A DNA stretch of 64,000 nt from Nitrospirota bacterium (GTDB lineage Bacteria > Nitrospirota > UBA9217), in the NCBI GenBank assembly GCA_963749655.1, contig CAVVOB010000018.1, positions 160,001-224,000 of the forward strand, given 5' to 3'. A model generated the notes under the pieces. The model had not been told where the DNA came from and did not search any database. It saw only the letters and a list, made by a program, of their open reading frames with translations. A program made the position numbers and the translations under genes. Below, piece after piece: positions 1 to 10,480 of this stretch (positions are counted from its first letter, which is position 1; every line of letters starts with the position of its first letter).

Positions 1-648
1 ACGACACTGGCAGGAACAGCAGGCACCCAGGGTTCGGTTGACGGCACTGGTTCCGAAGCACAGTTCAAATCACCAACTGCCATAACGACAAATGGCACGT
101 CGCTTTTCCTGACCGATTCGGACAATCATACCATCAGGAAGATCGTTATCTCCACCGCCGCTGTGACAACTTTTGCCGGAACCGCGGGAGTAATGGGAAC
201 AGCTGACGGCATAGGAACGGCAGCTTCTTTTTACTGTCCCCAGGGGATCACGACAGATGGCACGAACCTTTACGTTGTGGATTCCTACAACAATTCAATT
301 CGCAAGATCGTCATTTCCACCGGCGACGTAACGACGCTCGCAGGAACATCTTGCTTTTATTGCTACGGATCAGCTGACGGCTTCGGCTCTGCAGCAGGCT
401 TCAGCTGGCCCTATGGCGTCACCACGGATGGATCAAACCTTTACGTCACCGATTCCACCTATGCCATTCGCAAAATCGTTTTATCTACCAGAGAAGTCAC
501 GACACTCGCGAGCCTGGCCGGTACCGTCGGACAGATTGACGGCGTTGGTTCAAACGCAAGGTTCCAGCGGCCCTATGGCATCACCACCGATGGAGTAAGC
601 GTTTACGTAGCGGATACGTATAACAACACTATTCGGAGAATTCAGTAA
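1..648 (+). CDS. NHL-repeat beta-propeller protein, C-terminal part (5' end outside window)
   Basis: Frame 1 is open from base 1 (TTLAGTAGTQGSVDGTG...); repeats of P.GITTDG.NLYV.D..N..IRKI; paralog of next gene. Confidence 0.85.
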   Translation, partial: TTLAGTAGTQGSVDGTGSEAQFKSPTAITTNGTSLFLTDSDNHTIRKIVISTAAVTTFAGTAGVMGTADGIGTAASFYCPQGITTDGTNLYVVDSYNNSIRKIVISTGDVTTLAGTSCFYCYGSADGFGSAAGFSWPYGVTTDGSNLYVTDSTYAIRKIVLSTREVTTLASLAGTVGQIDGVGSNARFQRPYGITTDGVSVYVADTYNNTIRRIQ

Positions 649-671
649 TTCGATATTCTAAGGAGCCTATC

Positions 672-3062
672 ATGCATATTTGCCGAAGCTTGACAGTTTT
701 GTTCATTCTTTTTGCGGTCACTCTCGTTTCCTGCGGCAACGGCGCGGGTACGAAACCGGAAGGCGGACCCGGCTCGAACGCCAGTATCATGATAACGCCG
801 ACCACCCCTTCACTGGAAAAAGGGACAACTCAGCAGTTCACAGCAACAGCCATCTACTCGGACAACACGACCCAGGACGTAACGACCCTCGTGACATGGA
901 GCTCTTCATCCACCGCTGTTGCCACGATCAGTAATGACGCGGATACGAAGGGAAGGGTATCCGCCGTTGCTGTGGGAACGACGACGATATCGGCAACCTC
1001 GGACTCCATTTCAGGTTCGGCTGTCATTTCAAATGCGACTGTTCTTACTGTTGCGCCGAATCAAATGGGAGGATCGCTGCAAGGAAAGAATCTAGAGCTG
1101 ACCACTGCTGTGACAACATTAGCCGGCGTTGCCCCGGGCTCTACTGACGGGACAGGAACAGCGGCGCGCTTCTTCTATCCCTCAGGCGTCACGAGTGACG
1201 GGACCAATCTGTATTCAATAGATGCAAATGGTTCCATTAGAAAGATCGTCATTGCAACAGGCGAGGTCACGACATTGGGCGGAACACCGGTGACCCCGGG
1301 ATTGAACCAGGGAGGAAATCTTAGCTGGTATTATATCCCTCCTCATGGGATCACTACCATCGGCACGAACCTGTATGTTGCAAGCTTTTTCAATATCATT
1401 CAAAAAGTCGATTTGACAACAGGAATGACCACAACTCTGGCAGGCTCGATGGGTATGCAGGGAACTGCTGACGGCACCGGCCCGGACGCCCGATTCTGGT
1501 ATCCTACAGGGATCACAAACGATGGTACGAATCTGTATGTTACCGATAAAGGCAATAACAGACTGCGGAAGATCGTCATCGCCACAGGAGAGGTGACAAC
1601 ACTTGCAAATGATGGCACGTGGGGCTCTTCCGGCACCCTAACTGCTGCCACGTTAGGTTCACCGACGGGCATAACTATTAATACGGATAAAACGAATCTT
1701 TTTGTCGTCGAATACGATAAAAACATAATTAGCAGGGTTGTTATTTCTACAGGAGCTGTATCGACAGTAGCCGGGACATCCTGGATGTCGGGAGCCACTG
1801 ATGGCACAGGCTCGGACGCGAGATTCATGTGGCCGACCGGCATAACCGCAGACAACGCCAACCTCTACGTTGCCGACAGCGGCAACAGAACCATCCGCAA
1901 GATCGTCATTTCGACAGGAGAGGTTACGACGCTGGCAGGGACGGTCGGGACAATCGGATCGCTTGACGGAATAGGGACACAAGCCCAATTTGCCAATCCC
2001 TTCGGCATGTACAGCGACGGCACGAATTTGTATGTATCCGACAAAGGAAACTGTACTATCAGAAAGATTGTGATCTCTACCGGTGAGGTATCGACCGTAG
2101 CCGGCACATCCACTCAGGGGTCCTCCGATGGCGTCGGCGCGGCAGCAAGGTTCTTCGAACCGGAGGGTATCACGACCGACGGGTCCAGTCTTTACGTCGC
2201 AGATTATAAGAACCACATCATCAGGGAAATTATAACTGCAACTGGGCAGGTCATAACCCTGGCAGGTTCTGCAGGACAATCCGGCTCATCTGACGCCATC
2301 GGAGCATCTGCACGCTTCAACAATCCCGTTGGGATCACCACGGATGGTGCCAACCTTTACGTTGCCGACACGGGGAACAATACCATCCGCAAGATCGTCA
2401 TAGCTTCTGGCGACGTCACGACCCTTGCAGGGACTGCGCTATCTTCCGGATCAACGGACAGCACGGGGACGAATGCCCGTTTCAATTCACCGGCAGGCAT
2501 TACCACTGATGGAATCAATCTTTATATCTCGGATATGGGGAACCACACGATCCGCAAAGTCGTAATTGCGACAGCAGAGGTCACGACTTTAGCCGGATCC
2601 GCAAGTTTTTCCGGTACCATTGACGCAACGGGAGCAGACGCCAGATTCAACTACCCTTACGGCATCACTACCGACGGTACAAATTTGTACATCGCAGACT
2701 GGGGGAACCACTCCATCCGGAAAATCGTCATTGCATCGGGTGATGTAAGTACTCTGGCGGGGGTGACGGGTACACTCGGCTATGCAGAAGGTGTGGGAAG
2801 TTCTGCACGGTTCAGCAGCCCTTCGGGGATAACGACGGACGGGTCAAGCCTCTACATTGCCGACAGCGGGAATGCGCTTGTCAGAAAACTCACTCTTTCA
2901 ACAAATGAAGTCACGACCCTGGCCGGCACGCTATATTACGAAGGCGCACAGGACGGGACCGGCGCCTCAGCCATGTTCAATGTCCCCAGAGGCATAACTA
3001 CTGACGGGATCAGCCTCTATATCGCAGACTCTTACAACAACACAATCCGCAAAATCCAGTAG
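672..3062 (+). CDS. Lipoprotein with Ig-like (Big_2) domain and ~12 NHL repeats
   Basis: Lipobox LVSC; Big_2 signature GTTQQFTATAIYSDNTTQDVT...VTWSSS; repeated GITTDG.NLY.AD.GN.TIRKIVI. Confidence 0.85.
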   Translation: MHICRSLTVLFILFAVTLVSCGNGAGTKPEGGPGSNASIMITPTTPSLEKGTTQQFTATAIYSDNTTQDVTTLVTWSSSSTAVATISNDADTKGRVSAVAVGTTTISATSDSISGSAVISNATVLTVAPNQMGGSLQGKNLELTTAVTTLAGVAPGSTDGTGTAARFFYPSGVTSDGTNLYSIDANGSIRKIVIATGEVTTLGGTPVTPGLNQGGNLSWYYIPPHGITTIGTNLYVASFFNIIQKVDLTTGMTTTLAGSMGMQGTADGTGPDARFWYPTGITNDGTNLYVTDKGNNRLRKIVIATGEVTTLANDGTWGSSGTLTAATLGSPTGITINTDKTNLFVVEYDKNIISRVVISTGAVSTVAGTSWMSGATDGTGSDARFMWPTGITADNANLYVADSGNRTIRKIVISTGEVTTLAGTVGTIGSLDGIGTQAQFANPFGMYSDGTNLYVSDKGNCTIRKIVISTGEVSTVAGTSTQGSSDGVGAAARFFEPEGITTDGSSLYVADYKNHIIREIITATGQVITLAGSAGQSGSSDAIGASARFNNPVGITTDGANLYVADTGNNTIRKIVIASGDVTTLAGTALSSGSTDSTGTNARFNSPAGITTDGINLYISDMGNHTIRKVVIATAEVTTLAGSASFSGTIDATGADARFNYPYGITTDGTNLYIADWGNHSIRKIVIASGDVSTLAGVTGTLGYAEGVGSSARFSSPSGITTDGSSLYIADSGNALVRKLTLSTNEVTTLAGTLYYEGAQDGTGASAMFNVPRGITTDGISLYIADSYNNTIRKIQ

Positions 3063-3072
3063 GCTCTGAAAA

Positions 3073-3103
3073 AGAGCAGGCGAATCAGCCTGCTCTCCTT
3101 TTT
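3073..3103 (+). terminator. Intrinsic terminator
   Basis: AGAGCAGGC-gaatca-GCCTGCTCT hairpin followed by T run just after the stop codon. Confidence 0.75.
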
Positions 3104-3153
3104 CCCCTTCACTTCCCTGTCGTTTCTGTTATAATGCCCCCGAGGTAAAACCT

Positions 3154-3435
3154 ATGCGCCTATCCAGGGAAATGATCAAACATCTCGCCGACACCATCGC
3201 CTCGAACCTTGAGACCAAGGGGCTGGTCGAGTACGACGTGCCGAAGACCGCCATCAGCGACAAGATCGTCGAGGTGATCACCGCGGACATGGCGGCCGAG
3301 GAAAAGTTGAACAAGGACGTGGAGAAGATCCTTTCGGCCCACGAGGCCGAGATCGCCAAGGAAAACATGGATTACCGCAAGGTGTTCGAGCTGACGAAAC
3401 AGAAGCTGGCGAAGGAGCGGGGGATCGTTCTCTGA
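3154..3435 (+). CDS. DUF507 family protein
   Basis: MRLS... start, 93 aa, DYRKVF..TKQKLAKERG.VL C-terminus; tandem paralog; upstream TGTTATAAT and GAGGT RBS. Confidence 0.75.
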   Translation: MRLSREMIKHLADTIASNLETKGLVEYDVPKTAISDKIVEVITADMAAEEKLNKDVEKILSAHEAEIAKENMDYRKVFELTKQKLAKERGIVL

Positions 3436-3553
3436 AATGCGGAATCGAAAAGCAAGGGTCCAGTAGCCGGTAGTAAGGGGCCAGGAGTGCAATTGCGGAA
3501 GACTGACCTAGCTGATAGCTGACCGCTGATTTTTTTAAAGGAAATTAACCACC

Positions 3554-3832
3554 ATGCGCTTAAGCGAAGACCGGATATCCCATATTTCCCACCTGATCCT
3601 GGACAAGATCGTCCAGGACCGGCATGTCGACGTCATCCAGGCGGAAGAGCGGCTGCTGCGCGAGATCAAAAAGACCATCACCGACGAATTCAAGTTCGAA
3701 GACGAGGCGGACGAGGCGGCGCGCCGCACCATCCAGTCCCTGTCTCGCAGGGTGCCCGAAGGCAGCCGGGAGTGGGATGTTCTGTATCGCAAGTATTTCG
3801 AGGAAGAGATGAACAGGAGAAGAAAGGTTTGA
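3554..3832 (+). CDS. DUF507 family protein (second paralog)
   Basis: MRLSEDRISHISH...VPEGSREWDVLYRKYFEEE motif. Confidence 0.8.
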   Translation: MRLSEDRISHISHLILDKIVQDRHVDVIQAEERLLREIKKTITDEFKFEDEADEAARRTIQSLSRRVPEGSREWDVLYRKYFEEEMNRRRKV

Positions 3833-6030
3833 AAAGAATCATCGTCTCCGGCCTTCTCGTTCTGTACTGCGTGATCGCCGGCTTGGGATGGTTTCTCAGG
3901 CCGAACCCGACCAACCTTCTTCTGTTCTCCTGGCTGACGGGATACCTCATCCTCGCCTTCAGCACAGGCTACTCCGCTTACCTTTCGAAAACCCCTTTCG
4001 ACTCCTTTCCCTTCATCGTCCTCGGCATTATTCTGATGAATTTTTTTGTGCAGACCACGGGCGGCGTCCATTCCTTCCTGTGGCCGGCCTACTTCCCCGT
4101 CGCCGCGGTCATCGCCATCCTTTCGCCGCTCTGGAGGACGCTGTCGGCGACGGCCCTCATCCTGGCCATTGAGGCGGCAAACCTGTTTCTGTCCGGCCAG
4201 GCGGATCCGGACAAGACGCTCCTCTATGCCGGCTCCGCCCTTTCCCTGGTGATTGTCCCGGCGGTCATCTCCCGCAGCATCCGCCGCACGAGGGGAGAGA
4301 AGGAGCAGGTTAAGCAGGAGCTGGAGAAGCTCATCGAACATGCCGATGCCATCGACCCCCTGGCGCAGGGCGACACGATCGACGCGTTGAACGAAAAGAA
4401 CCAGCTCGCCTCGAATGTGAAAGCAGCCCGGAACCGCGAAGAGGCCTTTGACGGGCTCCTGGAAATGATCTACGGGTTCGTGCCCGCCCATACCTACGCG
4501 CTGTTCCTCAAGGAGCGCATCGGAGCGAAGAAGCCTTCGTCCTCAGGGCGCGCCGGAGCGACGCCGACGCCCGGTTTCTGGCGCCCGTCGGCGAAATCCT
4601 CCGGCCGGACAAGGACAACGGGATCATTAGCGGGCTGCACAAAGTACACTCAGCCCCAGTGCCTGTCCAACATGGACCACGCCGGCGGCACTCTCGGGCT
4701 ACTACACGAAGACCATGCCTGTCAAATCCATTCTTGCCATTCCCATCGTGCAGAACAGTGAAAATATCGGCGTGCTCGTGGTCGACAGCCTCGAAGGCGG
4801 CGCCTTTTCCCTCGATACCCAGGACATGCTCGTGCGGTTTTCGCCCTTCTTCATCCAGATCATCGAAAAGATCCGGGTGTCCCAGGAGCTCAATTTCCGG
4901 GCAATGACCTTTGCCGCAATGCACGAAATGAGCGCTGTTCTGAACAGCAGCCTGGAACTCAACGACATTCTGGAGCGTCTGGCGAGGGAGATCAACGTCA
5001 TTGTGCCCCACGATTTCTGCGTCTTCGCGCTTTACGAGGAAAAGACCGGTCCGTGGCGGTCGTCCACCAGAGCGGCGCCGTGACCTTCGCGATGCCGACC
5101 CGTCCCTGTTCAAAGGATCACGTCGCCTTCCTCGCAGGCCGGCGAAGAAAAGAACGGGGACGGAGACAAGACACTTCCCCCTCGAAGCAGGGCACGCTCA
5201 TCAACCAGATGCTGCATCAGTGGGAGCAGCGGCAATCCGCGCCTTATCACTTCTTCGATCTCGGCGAACGCAAGGTGATCGGACTGCTGGACACGACCAC
5301 CGGACTCACCCGGCAGCTCCGGTCGCTCTCCTGCTGGCCCCTTGCCACGGGCGAGAAATTCATCGGCGCTTTTTTCCTGGGATCCCTGCAGGCCAACGCC
5401 TTCTCGGAATTCCACCGCAATTTTCTCGACACCCTGATGAACCAGGTCGCCCTGGTCATGGACAATGCCATCCTGCACAAGCAGATCAGCAACCTGGCCC
5501 GGACCGACGGCCTGACCGGCCTTCTGAACCACCGGACCTTCATGGAAAAGCTTGACGAGGAATACAAGCGGCTCGACCGCGAACCCCGGCCTTTCTCCAT
5601 CCTGCTCATGGACATCGACAACTTCAAGAGGGTGAACGACAAGTACGGCCATCCCGTGGGGGACGTGGCGATCAAGACCATCGCAAAGGTGCTCCACGAA
5701 ACAGGCGCGCAGCATCGACTTTGTGGCGCGCTACGGAGGCGAAGAGTTCGCCGTGGGCATGGTGGACACCGACAGCGGAAGGCGCCCGGGTGATGGCGGA
5801 GCGCATCCGATCAAGTCGTGGAGAAAACCATCGTTACCGCGTATCGGACGGCAGCTCCGGATCACCGTCAGCATCGGCATCAGCTCGTCTTCCGGGGGTG
5901 GAGACAGAAGGACACCGCCGATCTCGTCACCCTGGCGGACAAGGCGCTCTACCAGGCAAAGCACGACGGAAGGAACCGCGTCTGCCGGTACAGGGACATC
6001 AAGGACCGGGAAGCGGCCCCGGCTTCGTAA
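3829..6030 (+). pseudogene. Membrane-bound GAF-GAF-GGDEF diguanylate cyclase split by several frameshifts (probably sequencing errors)
   Basis: TTG start overlaps the upstream TGA; N-terminal TM helices; GAF fragments (4715-5083, 5053-5500); TDGLTGLLN, DIDNFKRVNDKYGH..GD, RYGGEEF and ADKALYQAKHDGRNRV lie in different frames. Confidence 0.8.
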
Positions 6031-6225
6031 AACAGCCGGACCCCGCGTCCCCGGCGGAAAATACTTTTTTCGAACACTCAGACGTCAAACCTTGCAGAAA
6101 AGGGAAATCCGGAAAAACGGAGAAACGACATTGTTCGTCAGAAGTATCGAATTCTCTATTTCGCGAAGTTCCCCCATTTCTCCGCAGTGATTCGTTTCGA
6201 CCCTGTGTAGATACCTCTTTTCAAT

Positions 6226-6251
6226 TCAACCTTTTACCCCGGCAGGTGTCT
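6226..6251 (+). promoter_or_regulatory. Putative ECF sigma autoregulatory promoter
   Basis: TCAAC-N17-GTCT directly upstream of the ECF sigma gene; fits the generic AAC/(C)GT ECF pattern. Confidence 0.4.
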
Positions 6252-6275
6252 TATTAACCAGCACACGGCGCCTGT

Positions 6276-6848
6276 ATGGATGAAGACCTCGACCTGATCA
6301 ACAGAACCACGGCAGGCGAGCGGGAAGCATTCGACGAACTGGTGATAAAGTACCAGAAACCGCTCTATTCCTTGCTCTACCGCATGGTGAGCAACCATGA
6401 CGACGCCGCGGATATCCTCCAGAAGACCTTTATCAGGGCCTTCACCGGGCTCGGTTCGTTCGAGCGGCGGTCGTCCTTCAAGACCTGGCTGTACCAGATC
6501 GCGATCAACCTTGCCAAGAACGTATACCGCGACCGGTCCCGGGTCGAGCAGGTGCCGATAGACGATGTCGTCATCAGGAGAGAGCCCCGCACCCTCGAAA
6601 CGATGATCCACAAGGAGAACAGGATGCTCCTGAGGGCCGCCCTGGACTGCCTTCCGGAAAAACAGCGGATCACGCTTCTGCTGCGGGTGCAGGAGGAAAA
6701 AAAGTTCGAAGAGATCGCAGGCATCATGCAATGCTCCGTGGGCACGGCAAAGGCGAATTATCACCACGCCGTCCAGAAGTTGAAGGCAAAGATCCAGGAC
6801 ACGGGCGCGAATACGGCGAAAGAGAAAGAACACTGCGGATCGTCATGA
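6276..6848 (+). CDS. ECF RNA polymerase sigma factor (RpoE/SigW-like)
   Basis: Region 2 DAADILQKTF..AF, SSFKTWLYQIAIN; region 4 EEIAGIMQCSVGTAK. Confidence 0.92.
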   Translation: MDEDLDLINRTTAGEREAFDELVIKYQKPLYSLLYRMVSNHDDAADILQKTFIRAFTGLGSFERRSSFKTWLYQIAINLAKNVYRDRSRVEQVPIDDVVIRREPRTLETMIHKENRMLLRAALDCLPEKQRITLLLRVQEEKKFEEIAGIMQCSVGTAKANYHHAVQKLKAKIQDTGANTAKEKEHCGSS

Positions 6849-6909
6849 TCCTGTTCGCGCTGCCTGCGGAGTACCGGCGGAAGTAAGCCGGTCATACGGA
6901 GAGAAACAG

Positions 6910-7539
6910 ATGAAATCGTGCACAGACAAGGACATGAAAGCACTCCTCCCCGATTATCGGGAAAAGGGAAACGACCATCCTGAACGGGAACGGATCGAAA
7001 AACATCTGGAAGCGTGCGAAGACTGCCGCACAGAGCTTGTCCTGCTCCGTGCCATGGCTGAGGAGCCGGTGCCTGATCCCGGAGATGCTTTCTGGGCTGC
7101 GATGCCGGACCGGATACACCGGCAGGTCCTGCAGCAGAAAGAGACGGGACAGCACCGCGCAATTACATCGGTTCTTCACGGTTTTCTGGTTGCCCGCTGG
7201 GCATGGGCTTCGGCTGCAGCGGTAATGCTCGCAGTCGTAAGCGTGCTCGTTCTGCGGCCTGCGCCGCTGGAGAAAACCCCGCGCATGGCGACGTCGGGAG
7301 ATGCCTCTATCGAGGACACCTTTCCCGAAGGACCGATTGACGTTGACGATTTCGGAAGACGGGAGCTGAGCGCTGCCGACGCCTGGACCGCGGCGCAACT
7401 GTCCGCCCTGGACGCTGAAATGAATGACTCCGTTTTCGTCCGGAACAACGATACTCTTGACGATGAGCTCGACAGACTCGATGCCGCACAGCTGGACCGT
7501 CTGTCGAAAATGCTGAATAAACAGAAACGGGAGGTATGA
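6910..7539 (+). CDS. Anti-sigma factor with zf-HC2 (ZAS) domain
   Basis: HLEACEDC (HxxxCxxC), one TM helix, follows ECF sigma. Confidence 0.85.
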   Translation: MKSCTDKDMKALLPDYREKGNDHPERERIEKHLEACEDCRTELVLLRAMAEEPVPDPGDAFWAAMPDRIHRQVLQQKETGQHRAITSVLHGFLVARWAWASAAAVMLAVVSVLVLRPAPLEKTPRMATSGDASIEDTFPEGPIDVDDFGRRELSAADAWTAAQLSALDAEMNDSVFVRNNDTLDDELDRLDAAQLDRLSKMLNKQKREV

Positions 7540-7543
7540 ACTA

Positions 7544-8167
7544 ATGAAAAACACCGGAATCTTGGCTTGCTTCGCCCTGATTGCGCTGATCGCGGGAACG
7601 GCTGCGGCACAAGAGTATCCTCTTTTCGCCGCCGGGGAGAAACCTGACCAGGCGGGCGATATCGGCGATCCGGGCCGTAACGACGGTCGACCTTCGGAAG
7701 AGCAGCGCGAGGAGATCAGAAGGAAAATGCAGGCTGTCCGGATCATGCGCCTGACCGAGGAGCTGAACCTCGATGAAAAAACCGCGGCAAAGTTCATCCC
7801 CGCCATCACGTCCCTGGAACAAAAGCAGAGAAACCTGATGCGCGACAACGAACAGCTGATGCGCGACCTGAGACAGACGCTTGCCGCAAAAACGCCTGAT
7901 CAGGGAAAGATCAGGGCAGCCCTGGACAAGATGTTCCGGAACCACCAGGAAAGAAACAAGCTCCGGGACAAGGAGTTTGAAGCCGCGCGGGAGAGCCTGA
8001 GCGTGGAGCAGCAGGCGCGATACGTCATTTTTCAGCATGACTTCATGCAGGAAATGCGCGGCATGCTGGCGGGCGCCCGCGGCCGGGGCGCAGGACGGGG
8101 CGGGATGGGTCCCGGCGGCCGGGGGATGACGGGCGGACCGCTGCCCGGAGAACCGGGCCAGGATTAA
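7544..8167 (+). CDS. Periplasmic Spy/CpxP/heavy-metal-binding-like helical protein
   Basis: Signal peptide, L.L...Q helical repeats, LSVEQQARY motif, Gly/Met-rich tail. Confidence 0.65.
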   Translation: MKNTGILACFALIALIAGTAAAQEYPLFAAGEKPDQAGDIGDPGRNDGRPSEEQREEIRRKMQAVRIMRLTEELNLDEKTAAKFIPAITSLEQKQRNLMRDNEQLMRDLRQTLAAKTPDQGKIRAALDKMFRNHQERNKLRDKEFEAARESLSVEQQARYVIFQHDFMQEMRGMLAGARGRGAGRGGMGPGGRGMTGGPLPGEPGQD

Positions 8168-8197
8168 CGGAGAACAAGAATCCCGAACCTGCACCGT

Positions 8198-8234
8198 GAG
8201 CCTGAAGGCGCCTATCCTTCAGGCTTTTTGTTTT
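8198..8234 (+). terminator. Intrinsic terminator
   Basis: AGCCTGAAGG-loop-CCTTCAGGCT followed by TTTTGTTTT. Confidence 0.8.
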
Positions 8235-8266
8235 CCTCCGATGAAGCCCCTACCCTGCTCTTCATG

Positions 8267-8296
8267 TTGACAAACAGCCTGCCCAGCCCGTATAAT
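8267..8296 (+). promoter_or_regulatory. sigma70 promoter
   Basis: TTGACA-N18-TATAAT consensus hexamers. Confidence 0.7.
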
Positions 8297-8328
8297 CCGT
8301 GACACTGTTACGAGAAAGGTATCCCTTC

Positions 8329-8943
8329 ATGAACCGCATTATAAAGAAATACGCTCAATTCCTCGAACGCTCCAACACCGTCTTTGCAAAAGCAGCATCG
8401 AAGTATGGAGTGGGTTGTAAACGGGGTTGTCATGAGTGCTGTTCCGTCGGCTTTTTCGACATCACCCTGCTGGACGCCATCTACCTGCGCAATGCCCTGA
8501 AGCAGGTCCCTGCTCCGGTCAGGGAAAAGGTAATTGCGCGAGCCAATGAACAGCTCGATATCCTCGAAAAGAAGAAAGCCTTTTCCCGCAAGGACCCCCT
8601 TCTCAAATCGCTGCCCGCTATCGATTCCATTTCGCGCCGCTCGGCCAAGATGCGCTGCCCCGCGCTGGACGACAACGGAGCGTGCCTGATCTACAACCAG
8701 CGACCGCATATCTGCCGCATCTTCGGGCCGACGATCCGCGGTCCGCGGCGCGCTGTAAGGCTCGAAGGCTGCGGCTATTTTTCGAAGGACATCCCGGAGT
8801 CCGATTTCCCGATCTTCGATCATTACGACGAGGAGAGGGAGCTGCAGAAAGCCATGTTCAAAAAGGCGGGAAGGAAGCGCACCCGTGCAGTCGATACGAT
8901 CATCCCGGCTGCTTTGACCCTTGACCTGAAAAAATGGCTGTAA
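8329..8943 (+). CDS. YkgJ family cysteine-cluster (CxxCxxCC) protein
   Basis: CKRGCHECC, CPAL....ACLIY..RPHICR.FG motifs; ATG 8329 preferred to GTG 8299. Confidence 0.85.
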   Translation: MNRIIKKYAQFLERSNTVFAKAASKYGVGCKRGCHECCSVGFFDITLLDAIYLRNALKQVPAPVREKVIARANEQLDILEKKKAFSRKDPLLKSLPAIDSISRRSAKMRCPALDDNGACLIYNQRPHICRIFGPTIRGPRRAVRLEGCGYFSKDIPESDFPIFDHYDEERELQKAMFKKAGRKRTRAVDTIIPAALTLDLKKWL

Positions 8944-9133
8944 GAAACTACAGCAGAGACCGCGGATAAACCCGGAAATAATGTTAACCACGGATGAACA
9001 CTGATAAACACGGATACGTCTGATATGTAAATATGGTTATTAATCCGCCAGCGTGAATTGATTTGGATTAATGGGCATTTTCGATTCTGATCTTCTCCGG
9101 GTTGATCCGTAGTTCTTACTGCCGTGTACCCTT

Positions 9134-9682
9134 ATGGAAATCATCAGTAAAAAGACCGTCTGGAAGGGCAATTTCATGAGCGCCGTGGAGATCACCTACC
9201 GCGATGCCAAGGGGGTCGTCCGCACCTGGGAAGCGCTCGAGCGCGTCGGGATCAAGGGCATCGTCATCATGGTCGCCGTCACGCCGTCGGGGAACGTTAT
9301 TCTTGAGAAACAGTTTCGTCCTCCCATGGGAAGAGACGTGCTGGAGCTGCCGGCCGGACTCGTCGAGGCGGATGAGTCCATGGATACGGCCGCCACACGC
9401 GAATTGATCGAGGAAACGGGCTGGTCCGCCGGAAAGGTAGAATTTCTTGCCGAAGGCCCCATTTCCACGGGGGCCTCGACAGAGGCGCTCAAGGCATATC
9501 TGTGTACGGACCTGACCTTTGTGGGAAAGAACGGCGGCGACGACAACGAGATCATCGAGGTGATTGAAGTGCCCCTGTCGCAGGCGCAGGAGTATCTCAG
9601 GAATGCGCAGCTGAAGGGAATGCTCGTGGACCTCAAGGTCTTCGGACTGGTGGAAATGGCGAGAAAAGCGCTGGAAAAATAA
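9134..9682 (+). CDS. NUDIX hydrolase (ADP-ribose pyrophosphatase-like)
   Basis: Nudix box GLVEADESMDTAATRELIEETG; QFRPP..ELPAG. Confidence 0.9.
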   Translation: MEIISKKTVWKGNFMSAVEITYRDAKGVVRTWEALERVGIKGIVIMVAVTPSGNVILEKQFRPPMGRDVLELPAGLVEADESMDTAATRELIEETGWSAGKVEFLAEGPISTGASTEALKAYLCTDLTFVGKNGGDDNEIIEVIEVPLSQAQEYLRNAQLKGMLVDLKVFGLVEMARKALEK

Positions 9683-9685
9683 TTC

Positions 9686-9836
9686 AGCAGTTTTGAGTTT
9701 TGAGTTTCTAGTTTTTAGTTGGGAAGAACTAAGACCATCCTAAACAGTGTAATCTCCGGTTAACAATGTCCTAACGTGCGCTTTCCCCGGCCCATCGCAA
9801 CCAACTCAAAATTCAAAACTCACAACTCAAAACTGC
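9686..9836. repeat. Heptamer-based inverted repeat (GTTTTGA)n ... (TCAAAAC)n between convergent genes
   Basis: gcagttttgagttttgagtttctagtttttagttgg ... ccaactcaaaattcaaaactcacaactcaaaactgc. Confidence 0.8.
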
Positions 9837-9838
9837 AT

Positions 9839-10417
9839 TTATGAAACCAGCTTCTTCCCCGCCTCATAGGCGTCCTGCAGCGCCGTGGGATGCGATTTGA
9901 TCGCTCCCTTTTCGTCAACGGAATCATAGGCCAGCAGCGCATGCTCCCGGACATTCACGGTCCTGAAAAAAGCCCGGACGGTCGCTTCAGCGCAATCGAA
10001 TCCTACGTTCTTTTCATTCCGCCTCATGCCGCCGATGAGCAGCAGCAGGCCCTTGCGGCCGAAGGGGCCCGCGGGAACCGGATTGCTGTGCACGTATTTT
10101 TCGGCCCAGAAGGACTGGCACCGGTCGATCATGATCTTGGTCTGGGCGCTGACGCTGAAAAAGAAAATAGGGGACGCCACGACGATCCTGTCCGCCTGAC
10201 GGATGTCGTCATGGATGCGCTGCATATCGTCCTTGATCACGCAGCGGGCCGTGTCGTCGCATTTTCCGCAGTTCAGACACGGCCGGAGGTCCATTGACGC
10301 GAGAGGATGCAGCGTTACGGATCCCCCGTTCGCCTCGATGCCCCGCAGTGTTTCCGCCAGCAGGATCTCGGTGTTTCCGTTTTTCCGGGGGCTTCCGTTA
10401 AAAGCGATCACCTTCAT
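9839..10417 (-). CDS. Flavodoxin family / iron-sulfur flavoprotein (NADPH-dependent FMN reductase-like)
   Basis: GSPRKNGNT; CxxCxxC-x5-C; ASPIFF. Confidence 0.9.
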   Translation of the reverse strand: MKVIAFNGSPRKNGNTEILLAETLRGIEANGGSVTLHPLASMDLRPCLNCGKCDDTARCVIKDDMQRIHDDIRQADRIVVASPIFFFSVSAQTKIMIDRCQSFWAEKYVHSNPVPAGPFGRKGLLLLIGGMRRNEKNVGFDCAEATVRAFFRTVNVREHALLAYDSVDEKGAIKSHPTALQDAYEAGKKLVS

Positions 10418-10480
10418 TGCAGTTCTGCCTTCCCTTCAACAACAGCGTGGACACGCCGAGTTCCGCTTCCCGAAATTTCG

